A DNA stretch of 64,000 nucleotides. Origin: Azolla caroliniana (taxonomy: Eukaryota > Plantae > Polypodiophyta). Position numbers and translations under genes: made by a program. The stretch is from contig JBHGNT010000022.1 of the NCBI GenBank assembly GCA_043228905.1, positions 5,828,001-5,892,000 of the forward strand, read 5' to 3'. The number at the start of each line of letters is the position of its first letter. Position 1 is the first letter of the stretch. Positions 23,871 through 37,097 of this stretch are shown one piece after another. The notes below the pieces were generated by a model. The model had not been told where the DNA came from. It was given only the letters and a program-made list of their open reading frames with translations, and did no database searches.

Positions 23871-26800
23871 CGCTTTGCTATTCGAACTTCATTCTTTTCT
23901 TTAGTAGTCCATATAACGGTTCGGCGACATGAGCGTAGTGAGGAATCCATATATGATAAAACGTGCATGCTCCAAGGAACCTTCGAACCTTTGTTTGGTT
24001 TTCGCATTCTTCTCTCATGTCTTGGATTGCATTCACTTTGGATGGCGAGGGCTTCCGGACATATGCTCCACACAAGTGACCTACCACCAAGATCTCTGGT
24101 TGCCCGAATGCGGATTTTTCTCCTGAAAATGTCAAATTCGCATCTTCGAGCCTTTGAAGCACCTTCTCGCAATCGTTCATATGATCCGCAATGAACTTTC
24201 TACAACCTCCCTTATCTTTCAATTCATCTTTCTCTTCATCTGAACATCCTTTTATCGGAATATCATCCAAGAATGGCATCGTGATGTCCGGGATGCAATC
24301 CTTCAAGACTTTATTCATGGCATTCACCATATCAGCAACCGAGTTCGTTGCGCCTTGGGGTAAGGTACACATCCACAGAAGCCCGATCGGAGTCCTCATG
24401 GTTGTAATGTCCCGACTGTCGATCGCCAATTGGAATTGGTCATATCCGGAGTAGAGATCGCCAATGGAGTAGATGGACCGGCCTGCAAACGCTTCAGCAA
24501 ATTCGTCCATGCTCAGACCGATTCCGGCATTTCGAATTTTCATCTTGTTGACGGGTTGAAGATCTTGGATGAATCACAATGATCCATTCTTCTTCGACAC
24601 CGTAAACCACCTATTGGAATAAGGAGCATTCGACGGTTCTAGAATTCCCATACTCACCTTCTCCTTTAAGAGCTCGATCAGGTTCAAAAGGTGTGCTCTC
24701 GGAACTGGTATCGGTTTCAAATTCCAACGCACATGAGGCACCGTGAAGATCACCATCGGCTCTATAACCTTCGGGTCGGCACATCCGATTTCTCATGGGA
24801 AGAATGCGAAAGCCTTCCCATGTCTCTCAAGCATATAGCGAAACATTCCCTCCTCTTCAGGGAGAAGGAAATCCTCCTTTCCAACTCGTCGCTTCCCCTT
24901 CGTCTCTTCGGTGAAGACATGACCTATCGTCTTCAAATCTCTTAAGCTTGGATCGTTAGCAGCTTCCTTCATCTTTTGCCAGCTATCTTCCGGTAGCGGA
25001 ACCGCAACTGGCTTGATCTTCTTATCCACCGTTTTATATTTCGTGTTGATGTCAGCTTCCTTCTTCGAGATGCCACGACAGTATTCATCGATGATAGCCT
25101 ACATGTTGATGGAGTTAACCGAAATCACGCGTTGGTCGTGAAGATAGTTCAAGTCCACGACTTCCTCGATTTCGCCGATGGTGTCGTTAAATGAGGCTTC
25201 TTCCATAATATCAGTCACGAACTCTCCTTCTTCTATTATGTTTTCTTCTTTCAGCATCTTCTCGAGTTCTTGTATCCGAAGCTTGTCCTTCTTCTCGGGT
25301 AGTACTAGTTTACATGCGCCACTAGGTGTGACACATGTTGCTTCTCCTCGCAATCCACGCACTCTTCTTTCTTGTGGGGTCTTGTGATTGTTCGGACTAT
25401 TTGTGCCCCATGCTTCAATAGTCTGCTCTAAAAATCCGAGGATTCGCCTCTGAGACTCTCTCAATTCCTTTCATGATTGGCTCGCACCATTAGGAATTGG
25501 ACTGATCTTTGGTTTTCAAGACTCTTTATTCGTGCGAAGGCTGCTCCATTATCAAACACTTTGGTCTCCATCCGAGATGATGTGATATAAGGTTTCCCTA
25601 GGATGATAGGATGCGACGTCGATTCTTGTACGAAGAAGTGTTGATCCATCTCCACATCCGCGATCGTGACTTTGACATTGGGACAAGCTCCGTACAAGTC
25701 CTCTGTAGACTTTGTTGCCGCACGAATCTTCCATCTGTGGTTTGTATTGATTGGCCATCTTCCTTTTTTGTAGAAGTCGGTTGACATGAGGTTGATCTCC
25801 GAGCCGTGGTCGATCAAAACTACCACGGTCTCTTTCTTCTCCCCGATCTTCACCGGCGTCTCCATTGTCACTCGTGCCCAATGAGGTCGAGTATAGTGGT
25901 TGTCCATCATATCTTCATCGACTTCGTCTCTTGCCATCGTTATGGCATTCTTTTTTGCTTTTTGCAGCTTCTCTTCTTCCTCGTCCGATTGTTGTCTTTT
26001 TCTCTTTACAAGGTCCACGATCGTGTCATGGAACTCCTTCGTAAATCCAAGCAATTCCCTCAAGTACAAAGTCACATGACTATCAAGAACTTGTTCTTCG
26101 AGAATCTTCTTTAGGTCCGTCGTTTGCTCTATGTCTGACCTTAGCTTATAGGTAGGCATAGTCCTCGTCCTCCGAGTGGGGTCTTCGACACCAACCTTCA
26201 CGGGCCGAACCGTTTCTTCAACTCGTATGCTCGGCTCCCCTTTTCGGCTTGATTCTCGTTCCTCCGTTTGTAAAGGTCGACTCATCTCCGCATCGTCCTT
26301 CTTTTTCCCGTTCTTCGTTTCATGCCTTTTTTATAGGCCTTGCTCTTCTATTCTTTTTCTCTTTTCTTCGACGAACACCTCATGGTTGTCTCACATCACC
26401 TCTGTGAGTATGGTGTTGTTGTCCACCGGATCCGACCACCCGGTTAGGCTTTGCACGCTTCGGTCTGCAAGCTCTACCTCGTTCGATGTGACCTTTCCCT
26501 TCTTCTCATATTCGAGAACGGAAGTCCAAAAACTTTGCTCCCGCTCTAGCAGCTTCAGTCTTGTCTTTCCTGACTCTTATTCCGGCCGACGCAACATAGT
26601 GCATTGCATCCACATGAGTCGCATAGGCATCCTCTGTAGATTTCTTCATTCCTCCTCTTCCGAAATTCACCCGTATGGGTCATCTAGTCTCACTCGAGCA
26701 GATCATGTTGTCATCTATGTACACGATATTTTGTCGGATCGCCTCTCGAAGGCTCGCGCAATCCCTTCTCATGTGGTCCATGCTATCGCACCACACGCAT

Positions 26801-27650
26801 CTAAACGGTTCTTTTCCTTTGGGCCCCCGACGATTCATGTTGGCTAGCGTGACCTTCTCGAACTTCTTCGCCAGTTCTTTGATGACGTCATCACCAACCT
26901 TCTTTTCTTCCACGTCACTTTGTTTTGGTGGCTCAACTACTTTCGGTGGTCTTGCTTTCTCCGTGACAGTTGATCCCGTCACGTCGGTGTCATCAACCCA
27001 TTGGCAAAGCTTGTCGAGCCTATTGCATGCCCGCTTCACCGCAATCCAGTCTACTACGAGCCCATTTGATTGGGTATCGTCTTCGAGAAGAGTCCCTAAC
27101 TCCCGTCTATCCTTTATGTCCACGACCTTCAAGTAGTACAAAGTCTTGTCCTCTTCAAGCAACACTTGGTCCGTGTTGGGGAGACGACTAAACATCTGGT
27201 CAAATTTGTCATACACCCTTGAGGCGCTCATCTTCTTATTCTTCTTCTCTATCCACTTCATCAGGGCATGTCGAGTCATCCTCGTTGAGTCTTCAGTTAC
27301 GAGTGGCAAGGCCACCTCCACTCTTAGTTCAAGTTACCTTGAACTCTCTATGTTCAACACATAAACACAAAGATAATAGCTTTTGCTCTACCTTATATAT
27401 GATGAGAGCCGTATTTGTCGTGCCTATGTGGGATATCTCACAGTTTTCTCTTTTCCTTTCACAAACTTTATACCCTCATATCTTGACATTTAGTTGTTCG
27501 TTTCTCATGTAATAAAGTGCATTCGAAAGCTCTTGAAGACCTCCATCATTTTGTACTTAGATACTTCACTAATTATTTTTTTATGTGATTCATACTCGAT
27601 TTTGTATGTTTTATGTGATTTTCACACCATTGCCGAAAATCTTCACGACA

Positions 27651-30150
27651 ACGGAAGGCTAGGTATGATACTGAACACCCCATCATTGTTATTGTGGATA
27701 CAAGTCTAATCAAGATTGGTTGGCCTGTTAACCAAGAAGAGAAGGATGGGTTAAGATATGCAGTTCGATTTGGTGCAAAAAGCTTAATAGAACGCCAAAG
27801 AGATTACCCACGGATTAAAAGAGAGTTATGGGGTATGTGAACAGCTATTAAAATGGATCGTGAATACTTAATTGGTGCTGAAGTTGTGGTTGAAACAGAT
27901 CGCAGTCCATTGCTAGGAATGATTTCAAGTTGTGAAACATCAGATATAGCTATGCTTAGATGGATAGCTTACATAAAATCACTATGTCCTGAAATCAAGC
28001 ACATTGCAGGAACGGATTACCTAGTTGCCGATATGCTCTCAAGAGCGAGGTTTAAAGGTAAAAATACAATGGTAATGATTGATGAAGAAGATGATAGTTT
28101 TGATTTCTTTTCCATAAATTGTAACTTAAAGGGGTCATGTGATTTGGGTGTTCATGTTATTCTTCGTGAATCTGAGTATGATGGGGAGATGTTGCAAATT
28201 GGAAAATACTTGAGTACTAATCTGAAAGATGGAACATGGTCAAGTGAGCTATTTCATAAAATAAGAAAGAAAGCTTATAAGTTTTTTCTTCATGAGTGAT
28301 ACCTTTGGAGACATCCAAAAGTTGTGAAAGGGATTCCGCAAAGAGTGATCGGAAAAAGGGAAGAACAACAGAAACTAATATTTGAATTTCATGATACTTT
28401 ATGGGCAGGTCATCGTGGAGTTTTGGCCACCTACTCGAAATTAAAGGAGAAGTTTTGGTGGGCTGGAATGTACAATGATGTTGCAGATTATGTACAATTG
28501 TGTGAGAACTACCAAATGTATTCGAATATTCGGCATCGTGATGGGTTGCAACCTACTTGTTCTTTATCTCTACATTATAAATGGTTTGTGGATATTGTAA
28601 TGATGCATGTAGGGATTTGGCAAATGAGATATCTTGTATTGGCGAGAGAAGTTTTGACAAATCAAGTGGAAGGTCGAGCCCTACGCCAAAAAACCACTTC
28701 AGCTGGTTATAAGTTCCTTCCTAAAGATGTGATATGTAGGTACAAGTGCATTGGGAAGATTGTTGCAGACAGAGGAGAACTAGATTCAAACGAAGTTGAA
28801 CAAGTGTTTTCAAGAATGGGAACTCAACTATCCTTAACAACGCCATATAACCCTAAAGCTAATGGGAAGGTTGAGCGTGGACATGGCCCTATAGTGAAAG
28901 CTTTGGTGAAATCTTGTGATGGCAAGATGGCTAACTGGCCTCATCTATTACCGTATGCACTATGGGCTAACCACACTACTCACAGTTCCGTGACAGGCTT
29001 TATGCCATTAGAATTGATATTTGGTCAAAAAGCCAATTATGTTAGTAGAGCAATTAGTATTTTCTTGGGTTGCCTTGCCATGGGCAGATGAAATGAGTTG
29101 AGAAGATTTCCTTGCTCTTAGAATAAGACAACTAGAAAGAAGGGATGAAGATGTTCAAATAGCTACAGAAAGGATGAAACAATGTCGACTACAGAACAAA
29201 GAAAGATTTGATAAAACCCATCGCCTTCGACCAACAAAGCTCCAAGAAGGTGACTGGGTCATAGTATATGATAACAGCTTGGATAACCAACATAGTACTT
29301 CCCGTAAGTTCGCCAAAAGATGGTTCGGCAATTAGTAGAGCAATTAGTATTTTCCTGGGTTGCCTTGCCATGGGCAGATGAAATGAGTCGAGAAGATTTG
29401 CTTGCTCTTAGAATAAGACAACTAGAAAGAAGGGATGAAGATGTTCGAAGATGTTAGTAGAGCAATTAGTATTTTCCTGGGTTGCCTTGCCATGGGCAGA
29501 TGAAATGAGTCGAGAAGATTTGCTTTCTCTTAGAATAAGACAACTAGAAAGAAGGGATGAAGATGTTCAAATAGCTACAGAAAGGATGAAACAATGTCAA
29601 CTACAGAACAAATAAAGATTTGATAAAACCCATCGCCTTCGACCAACAAAGCTCCAAGAAGGTGGCTGGGTCATAGTATATGATAACAGCTTGGATAACC
29701 AACATAGTACTTCCCGTAAGTTCGCCAAAAGATGGTTCGGACCATATGTCATTAGACAAGTCAATAAAAATGCAACTTATTTCCTAACTGAAATGGATTG
29801 AGCTATTTAAGAAAAGGGAAGATCAAAGTGCGAACTTCCTCAACGAATATGAAATCCATGAACCTGAAGAAGGAGATGTTCATTGGCGCATGACGAAGGA
29901 TGCGCAGGTCTAGAGGGGGAGGATGTCGTGACGTTTTCGTGCGACGATGAGAAGATAAGCTCTACCAAATTATATGAACTGATTGAAATATTTGTAAATG
30001 GTTGTTTAGCTAACTAATAGCTAATAATTTCATAAGAACACTTGCCATAGGATGATAATGTAACAAATGAACAATTGGAGATAAAGAGATGGGGAAGTTG
30101 ATGAGATAGGGAGATCGAGAAGTTGATGACAATGAGTAAAAGTATCCATT
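27651..30150 (+). mobile_element. AT-rich FLDD-type Gypsy RNase H-integrase, PPT and start of 3' LTR; probably the same element as 8543-10166
   Basis: ORFs 27853-28299 (RNase H) and 28324-29091 (HHCC and DDE integrase). PPT AGAGGGGGAGGA at ~29912-29923 followed by TGTCGTGA. Right boundary uncertain. Confidence 0.8.
29042..29740 (+). repeat. Tandem triplication within the integrase C-terminal region
   Basis: TTAGTAGAGCAATTAGTATTTTC...GAAGATGTTC starts near 29042, 29332 and 29453. Copies are near-identical. Confidence 0.9.
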
Positions 30151-30229
30151 CCATGACTGGTGTTGATCTCCTTGATGTTAACATGGGAGATCAACGCTTT
30201 TTATACATGTAGTGATGCATGATAAGCAT

Positions 30230-30350
30230 GCTCATGCCTAGTCTTACATACTATAATATCAAGCATATTAATTCTTGCATGCCAAGTCTTACATATTGAG
30301 TCTTACATACTAAGTCTTACATACTAGGTCTTACATATTGAGTCTTACAT
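30230..30350. repeat. Short tandem repeat (GTCTTACATA core)
   Basis: About six copies, mostly in units of ~14-16 bp. Confidence 0.75.
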
Positions 30351-33300
30351 ACCACTCTTTATACAAAGGTTTGAAGTCTAAAGTTTGTCGAGGAGAAATA
30401 TATATATACAAGGTCCTAAGGTTCACATTAGAGTCGATGTTTATGACATTATCCTCCCCGTAAGTTCCAACTTCAAGAAGGTGCGGTTTTGTACGGATAT
30501 CGGAGATGAAAATCATGAACCACTTCCCGGGCATTTAGTAAATTTCTAGCGAGCTCCCATGTAGCCTTAGATATGGGATATCCTTTCCATAATACAAGAT
30601 ATTGGAGCTTTCGCCAGCCGTTCCGTGAGTCCATAATGGTCTTGACTTCATACTCATCCCCAATCACCAAAGCCACAGGGGGAGGTTGCTCAATGCTTCT
30701 TCCTGGAATTGAGGATGGTTGATAGAGCTCTAGAAGTGATGCATGGAAGACATTGTGAATTCGGTAGTGTGATGGAAGAGCAAGACGGAAAGCCACAAGG
30801 TTGACTTTATCAATGATGCAGAATGGACCCAAATTTTTGTAATCAATTTTGTTGCATGGGCGAGTTGTCAGAATATGCCCACGTAATAACCAGACCATGT
30901 CACCAACTTTAAAACCAGGCGCAACCCGTCGATGTTGATCAGCCTTCTCTTTGTGTCGTTCTTGAGGAATGGAGAGTTCTAGGGATAGGTCATGATGCAC
31001 TTCTTTCATAGACGAGCTCGTTCTTTAGCAAATGGATTCACAGAACTAGTAGGGATAGCTATGCTAAAGCGTGGGTGGAACCTATAATTTGCGAAGAAGG
31101 GTGTTACGCTAGTTGATGTGTGGAGAGTATTGTTGTAGGCGAACTCAACCATTGGAAGAAATTTGATCCAATCATCTTGTTGATAACTTATCATACATCG
31201 AAGATATTGCTCTAGGATCTGATTTACTCATTCTGTTTGGCCGTCTGTCTCAGGATGAAAGGTTGTCGAAAATTTTGTGGAAGTTCCAAGAGTCTAGAAG
31301 AGGCGCTTCCAGAAATGAGACATAAATTGGGAACCACGATCAGAGATAATGTCATCCGGTAAACCATGAAGGTGCACAATATTTGTTAACAATAGATCGA
31401 CTATTTCCATCCCTAAAATTGCTTTAGAACATGGAATAAAATGTGCTATCTTTGAGAATCTATCCACCACCACCAATATTGAATTGAATCCCTCAATGTC
31501 TGGAAGGTCGGTGATAAAATCCATCGAGATGGAGGACCATGGCCTACTTGGAATTGGCAAAGGTTGAAGTAGACCCTAGGGACGATGATGTACTACTTTG
31601 GCGCGGGCACATGTATCACATGTTTTCACAAATTGTTTAACAAGTTTCCAAGGTTGCGGCCACCAATAACTTCTAGAGATTAACTCCAAAGTTTTTGCAA
31701 CACCAAAATGTCCAGCTAGGGCGTCACCATGGAATTCCTTCATGATACAGATACGACAAGGACCATTTGGGACATACATTATGTTGTTCCAGAAAAGAAA
31801 ACCATCTCGAAACATAAATTGGTCTTGACTATTCCGTACCTCTTTTATGGTTGATTTGTTGACTCAATTCTCCTTAATTTCTTTTGCAAATTTGTCAGTG
31901 GCAGTATCTATGGCTATTGCGTTGAGTAATGATTCATCCGCACCCATATATGTTGCAAAGAGTTGCATCTGATGTAGTTGTAGGAGACAACGTGATTATT
32001 GATTGTAGGTCTCATCTCCTGGTCGGATTTCGAATTCCAAACGCCGAGATAGGGCATCGGCTTTACCATGTTGGGCACCTGGACGGAAAACAATTTCAAA
32101 GTCGTAGTCAGCTAGGAAGGTCGACCATCGCGCTTGCCTCCGGTTCAAAATGCGAGTAGTGGGGAAGTAGACGAGGTTCCTGTGATCAGTCACCACCTGG
32201 ACATGATGTTGGGCACCTGCTAAGTAAGGATGCCATTCTTCAAAGGCTGCAATAATGGTAGAGAGTTCTTTCTCATAAACTAGGTAGTTGATCTCGGGAG
32301 GTGTGAACTTCCGAGAATAAAAGGCAACAGGATGAAGAATCCCATTGTTATCTGATTGAGAGAGAATGGCACCGATGGCGAAGTCAGAGGCATCAGTTTC
32401 GATCGTAAATGGTTTGGTCAGATCTGGGTGTAGAAGTACCAGAGCCGAGGTAAAAGCTTTCTTTAGTGTCTCGAATGCTAGTTGGGTTGTAGGAGTCCAA
32501 AAAAAAGGGGAATCCTTCCGAGTGAGTGCTATAACTGGTTGCGCCAATGTAGAGAATCCTTGAATGAATCGACGATAGAAGTTGGCAAAAACCCAAAAAT
32601 GATTGCACATCCTTGACCCTGGTGGGGACTTCCACTCTTGAATTATTTCGACTTTCTTCTCTTCCATAGTGATCATCAGATGAAATGACATACCCGAGGA
32701 ATTCAATTGAGGTTTGATCAAACTCACAATTCTCGGGTTTCGCATAAAGTCCACGTTCCCGAAGTTTGAACAAGATAAGTCGAACGTGCTTTGTGTGCTC
32801 TATGTAGTTCTGTGAGAAGATAAGTATGTCATCAAGATAGATGACCACAAATTGGTCTAGATATTCTCGGAAGATGTCATTCATCATATGTTGGAAAATG
32901 CCATGAGCATTTGTGAGACCAAATGGCATTACCATGTATTCAAAATGCCCATACCTAGTTCGAAATGTCGTTTTCCCCTCATCTCTAGGCTTGATACGCA
33001 CCAAGTTGTAGGCGCCTCTAAGATCGATTTTGGAGAATATGCGCCTGGCCTGAAGTCGGTCAAGCAGTTTGGGGATTAGAGGTAGTGGATAGCGGTTTCG
33101 AACTGTGACTTGATTGATCCCGCGAAAGTCGATACATAGGCGTAACGTTCCATCTTTCTTTTTGACAAATAGAATAGGAGAGCCAACTGGAGATTTTGAG
33201 TGGCGAATGAATCCCTTTGCGAGATTCTCTTCAATGTATATTTTGACGGTCTTGAGTTCAGGTTCAGATAACCCATAGATAGGACCAAATGGAGGACAAG

Positions 33301-33499
33301 CACCATCTTTCAAGTCAATTGGACAATCGTATGGGCAATGTTCAGGCATGCGATCAACATTTTTCTTCTCAAATACATCAGAGAAATCATTATATTTTGA
33401 TGGAAAAGACCTAGTACATAGAGTAGTATCTAGAGTGGACATGACTGCCATGTCCTTAGAATTAGAAATGGATGCAATCAACATTGTATCGCTTACCCA

Positions 33500-33790
33500 A
33501 GCAAGAGTTGGAACTGTTTCCAAGGCCAACGCGGAACTAACTATCAATGTTGTTTCTATTGGAGCAACCGTTGACATGGTTCTCACTGAAGAGGAAATGG
33601 GAGCGACCGATAACCTGGTCCTCACTGGAGCAAAAACATGAGTGGGAGCGACCGTTGACGTGGTCCTCACTAGAGCAGAAACTGGAATCGGAGCAACCAT
33701 TGATGTGGTTCTCACTGGAGCAGAAATGGGAGTTGTCCCCAAAACATGAGTGGGAGCAACCGTTGAGATGGTCCTCACCGGAGTAGGTGG
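33500..33790 (-). repeat. In-frame coding tandem repeat (VRT.S.VAP...) between protease and RT
   Basis: Units GAGC(A/G)ACC...TGGT(T/C)CTCAC, about five copies of 39-63 bp. Confidence 0.8.
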
Positions 33791-34959
33791 CCAAATAAAT
33801 GGCGGAGCATTGGCTCGAAGAAGGGTGGACGTAATCCCTTGTGAGTGAAAATTTGAGGTGAAGTTGATGGAGCGAGATCACCAATCCACGAATGGATTGT
33901 GAGTCTCGAGCCATGATAACCCCGAGATGATAGGATGTTGAGGTGATGTGATGAGGTTAAAAGTGATTTCTTCCTGGTGGGCTCCTATGTGGAGACCTAA
34001 GGGAATTGTTGTATCTGTGATGGCACTAGAAGAGAGTGTTCGACCGTCGATCACTTCAATTGGAATCGAGACGGTTATTTTGTTGCTTGGAATGTTGTGT
34101 TTCCGTGCAAACATGATGTAAATAAAGCACGATGTAGACCCAGAATCCAACAAATCTTTTGTCTTCAGAGTGGTAGAGCCAAACTGAAGAGTAATCGGAA
34201 GCGTGAAGCTTGTTCTCGAGGAAGTTGGTTGATTGGGCCCTTGACATAATTGTCGACTCTTGTGGTCCAGATGCACAACCCCTACTACAACTAAACATTG
34301 GAGTTTTCCTATTGGCAAAAAATGTAAACCCCATCCACATAATGTAGTGTTTGATGGGGTCTCTTTTTTGGGCAAGAGCGGATCAAATGGTCAAGGTCGC
34401 CACAATAGAGACATAAATTGTTGGCACGTCGATGTTGTCATTGCGCAGTAGTCAATGGTTTGTAGCGAATTCGATCGATCTCCATTGGCGAGCTAGAATC
34501 TGTGGCAGGAGTTGAAGATGAGGTGGAGGATGACATGGGAGGCGGGCTCGTCAACCATGGTAGGTGACTTCGCGTAGCGGCTGGCCAAGGTGGATGGATC
34601 CGGTGAGGACATTCCTCTTGCCGGAACTCAAAGAGACGGTTATCACAGCGCACAACTTGGAAAATAGCCTCATTCAAAAAATGTGGGCTTAGGAAAGTTA
34701 AGTAAAAGATTTTTTATCTCACCTCGTAATCCTCGATGGAATTGATCAAGGAGGGCTTGTTCGTCCCACTCGACATCGCACGCGAGCTGACGAAATTCAG
34801 ATGCATAGATTGATGCCACACAATCTCCTTGATGTAACACATATAGTTTGTTGAGTGTGGCTCATCGTTTGTTGGTCTCCCCAAAAGTTTCCTCAAATTC
34901 AGTAAGAAATGCTTGGAAGTCATTCAAGAGAGGCGAAGAGGTTTCCACTAGAGGAGCAA

Positions 34960-35460
34960 ACTAAGCTTGTGACCTAGTGGTAAGTTGTCGTGCTACTATT
35001 ATTTGTGTTTTGGGTTCAATTCCTAACTTTCTCATATCCTCTTGTTAGTGTCATGGCAAAATTTTATGTTGGTGTCATGTTCCTTTTTCTTCTTTTTCTT
35101 TTCTTCTTTGTTATTAGAAATTAGTTCACCCTAGTGGTAAGTTGTTATGCTACTACTGCCTATGTCATGACAAAATTTTATGTTAGTGTCATGTTCCTTT
35201 TTCTTTCTTTATTTCTTTCTTTGTTATTAGAAATTAGATCACCCTAGTGGTAAGTTGTTATGCTACTACTACCTAGAAGAGTGTCCGCCTCATTAGGAGC
35301 ATTCACCTCATTCGAGTATTTACCATGTTTGGAGAATTCTCCTTGTGAAGAGCATTCGCCTCATAAAGAGTGTTCACCTCCTTCGAGCATTCACCTCGTT
35401 AGAGCATTTGCATTATGAAGGGCATTCGCCTCATGTGGAGCATCCATTAGTAGAGTCTAT
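34960..35460. repeat. Composite tandem repeats: a longer unit three times, then a ~17-18-bp GAGCATTC(G/A)CCTCAT minisatellite
   Basis: CCTAGTGGTAAGTTGT at ~34973, 35130 and 35243. About nine short units at 35279-35450. Confidence 0.8.
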
Positions 35461-35469
35461 GAGTGCATG

Positions 35470-36742
35470 TCCAAGAACGACTAAGTGAACGTGAATCAGA
35501 AGAAGCCCGATTGGCAAAATTGCTAGAACTAGAAGAACATCGGCTATAGAGCTTGATGCAACTCGAATTGGATCAACGTCGACGTCAAGCGTTTGTGGAT
35601 CGACACCGGAAAAGGAATGAAAAGTACTTCGGGATCAGAAAACCGGTGTTAGTGTTCTAGGCCCAGTTGGGGTTGATGATGGGTAAGCTAAAGTTTGGTG
35701 GACAGGACCGTATTGGATAATCAATGAGTTCAATGGATCTTATTAGTTGGGGACCTTAGCCAGGGACGTGCTCGAAAAGTGAGTCAATGGGTTTCAATTG
35801 AAACCATACAAGGATTGGTGTTGGCCAATCCATTTAAAGACTAGAAGAAAAAGAATCTAGGGGAAGGAAATAACAATGAGGAAGCCGCGGGTCAATAGAA
35901 CTTCAATCCGGCAGCCTCAGGTCCATAGAAAACCTGAAAACCAGAATTCTGGTCGAATACTTGGACGAATTTTCCATCACCAACAAAGCTTACTGCACAC
36001 AAGGAGGATCAGACCCTTTATTCAGAGAAGTCGCCAAGCTCTTATTGGAGTATGGGTTCATTCACCCACGGCTGTTGGCTATGCCAAAGAATAGAGCCAG
36101 ATTCATCATAGCCACCTATGAAGGGCTGAATATGGATTGAAGCGTAATCACGGCTAATGGATTACGAACAGCAGTGGCGACAATCGTAGACGGCAAGAAG
36201 GTATGGCCCGTCGTAGCTCAGTGGTTAACAATCTTAGCACCACCACCGCTGACCATTAAAGAGAAGAAGAAGAGGAACGAAGTAACGCCCCAGTAATCAA
36301 AATGGAAGCAATTGATGGCCCGCTAGACAACCGGTTGGCATGAAGGAAGCTCGCAACAAGTAACATCACCGCTAGCTGCTATGAGGGGAGCAGTACCGGA
36401 ACCGGCAAAGACATTGTGAATCAAGTTGAAACAGAAGGGCTCGGCACAAGCGCGACCAATAGAAGACATCCATCAAGAGACTGCATGGGACGAAGAAACC
36501 GCCGAAGAAGAAGAAGAATGCGACTCGAGGAACGGACAAGACTTGATGGATCAGGAGTTGTAGGTTATAGGGTAGGGTTAGTGATTATGATGAAGGATGT
36601 GATGGCGGAGATATTGTTAAGCAGTGCAGGGTGATAACATGATTGCGATGTGCATTGAGAAGCATTGCGGGTAGGGGGTGGTGCCTAGAGTGGCTCCACC
36701 CCTCTCCCAAGGGGGTTCAAAGAGAAAAGGTGTCAAAGAGAG
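35470..36742 (+). mobile_element. Rearranged relic of a Gypsy C relative (integrase C-terminus and extra ORF on +, gag start on -)
   Basis: 35470-35830 is homologous to 15900-16280 (LEEHRL...VDRHRK...GPYWI). 36090-36240 is homologous to ORF 14848-15597. 36648-36720 matches 21556-21629. Confidence 0.75.
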
Positions 36743-37051
36743 TGTCATGATATAGCATGGTATGGCTCCAAAAGGATTTGAACCCATAACTTTGTATCAC
36801 ATGAGTTGAAGCCCTACCATTAAGCTATACATTGTAATACGAAAAATATTGTTTTCATTTATTATTTCATCTAGAAAATCCATGTATATTCTAGATTTCT
36901 CTGGAACATTGTAGAAATGTCAAGAATACTCCTAAACACACTATAAAAAGAGGCACATGGCATTATTGAGAACCAATTCGGTTCAATGCCAGTCTTAAGC
37001 CTCCTAGTTGTTCTTGTAACTTTTTTCATATAATATAATATACTTATTGTT

Positions 37052-37097
<46 letters not shown>

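Larger units (their letters stand above)
10167..27650 (-). mobile_element. FLDD-type Gypsy element B, split by a solo LTR and by Gypsy element C
   Basis: gag/CCHC 26680-27321, protease 25461-26285 (LIDHGSEINLM), RT 23878-25029 (MPFLDD), RNase H and integrase HHCC 11128-12034, integrase core 10167-10693. The frame rejoins across TSD CGCTT. Partial 5' LTR ~27355-27650. Confidence 0.85.
30160..34960 (-). mobile_element. Tcn1-like chromovirus Gypsy (gag-PR-RT-RH-INT-chromodomain), degenerate
   Basis: Chromodomain EYEVKTIMDSR...YLVLWKGYP (30473-31009); integrase SISMDFITDLP; RNase H ETDASDFAIG; RT YLDDILI; protease LLDSG; gag 34438-34960. PPT at ~30449-30460 next to LTR end TGACA at 30448. Left LTR boundary approximate. 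Confidence 0.9.
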
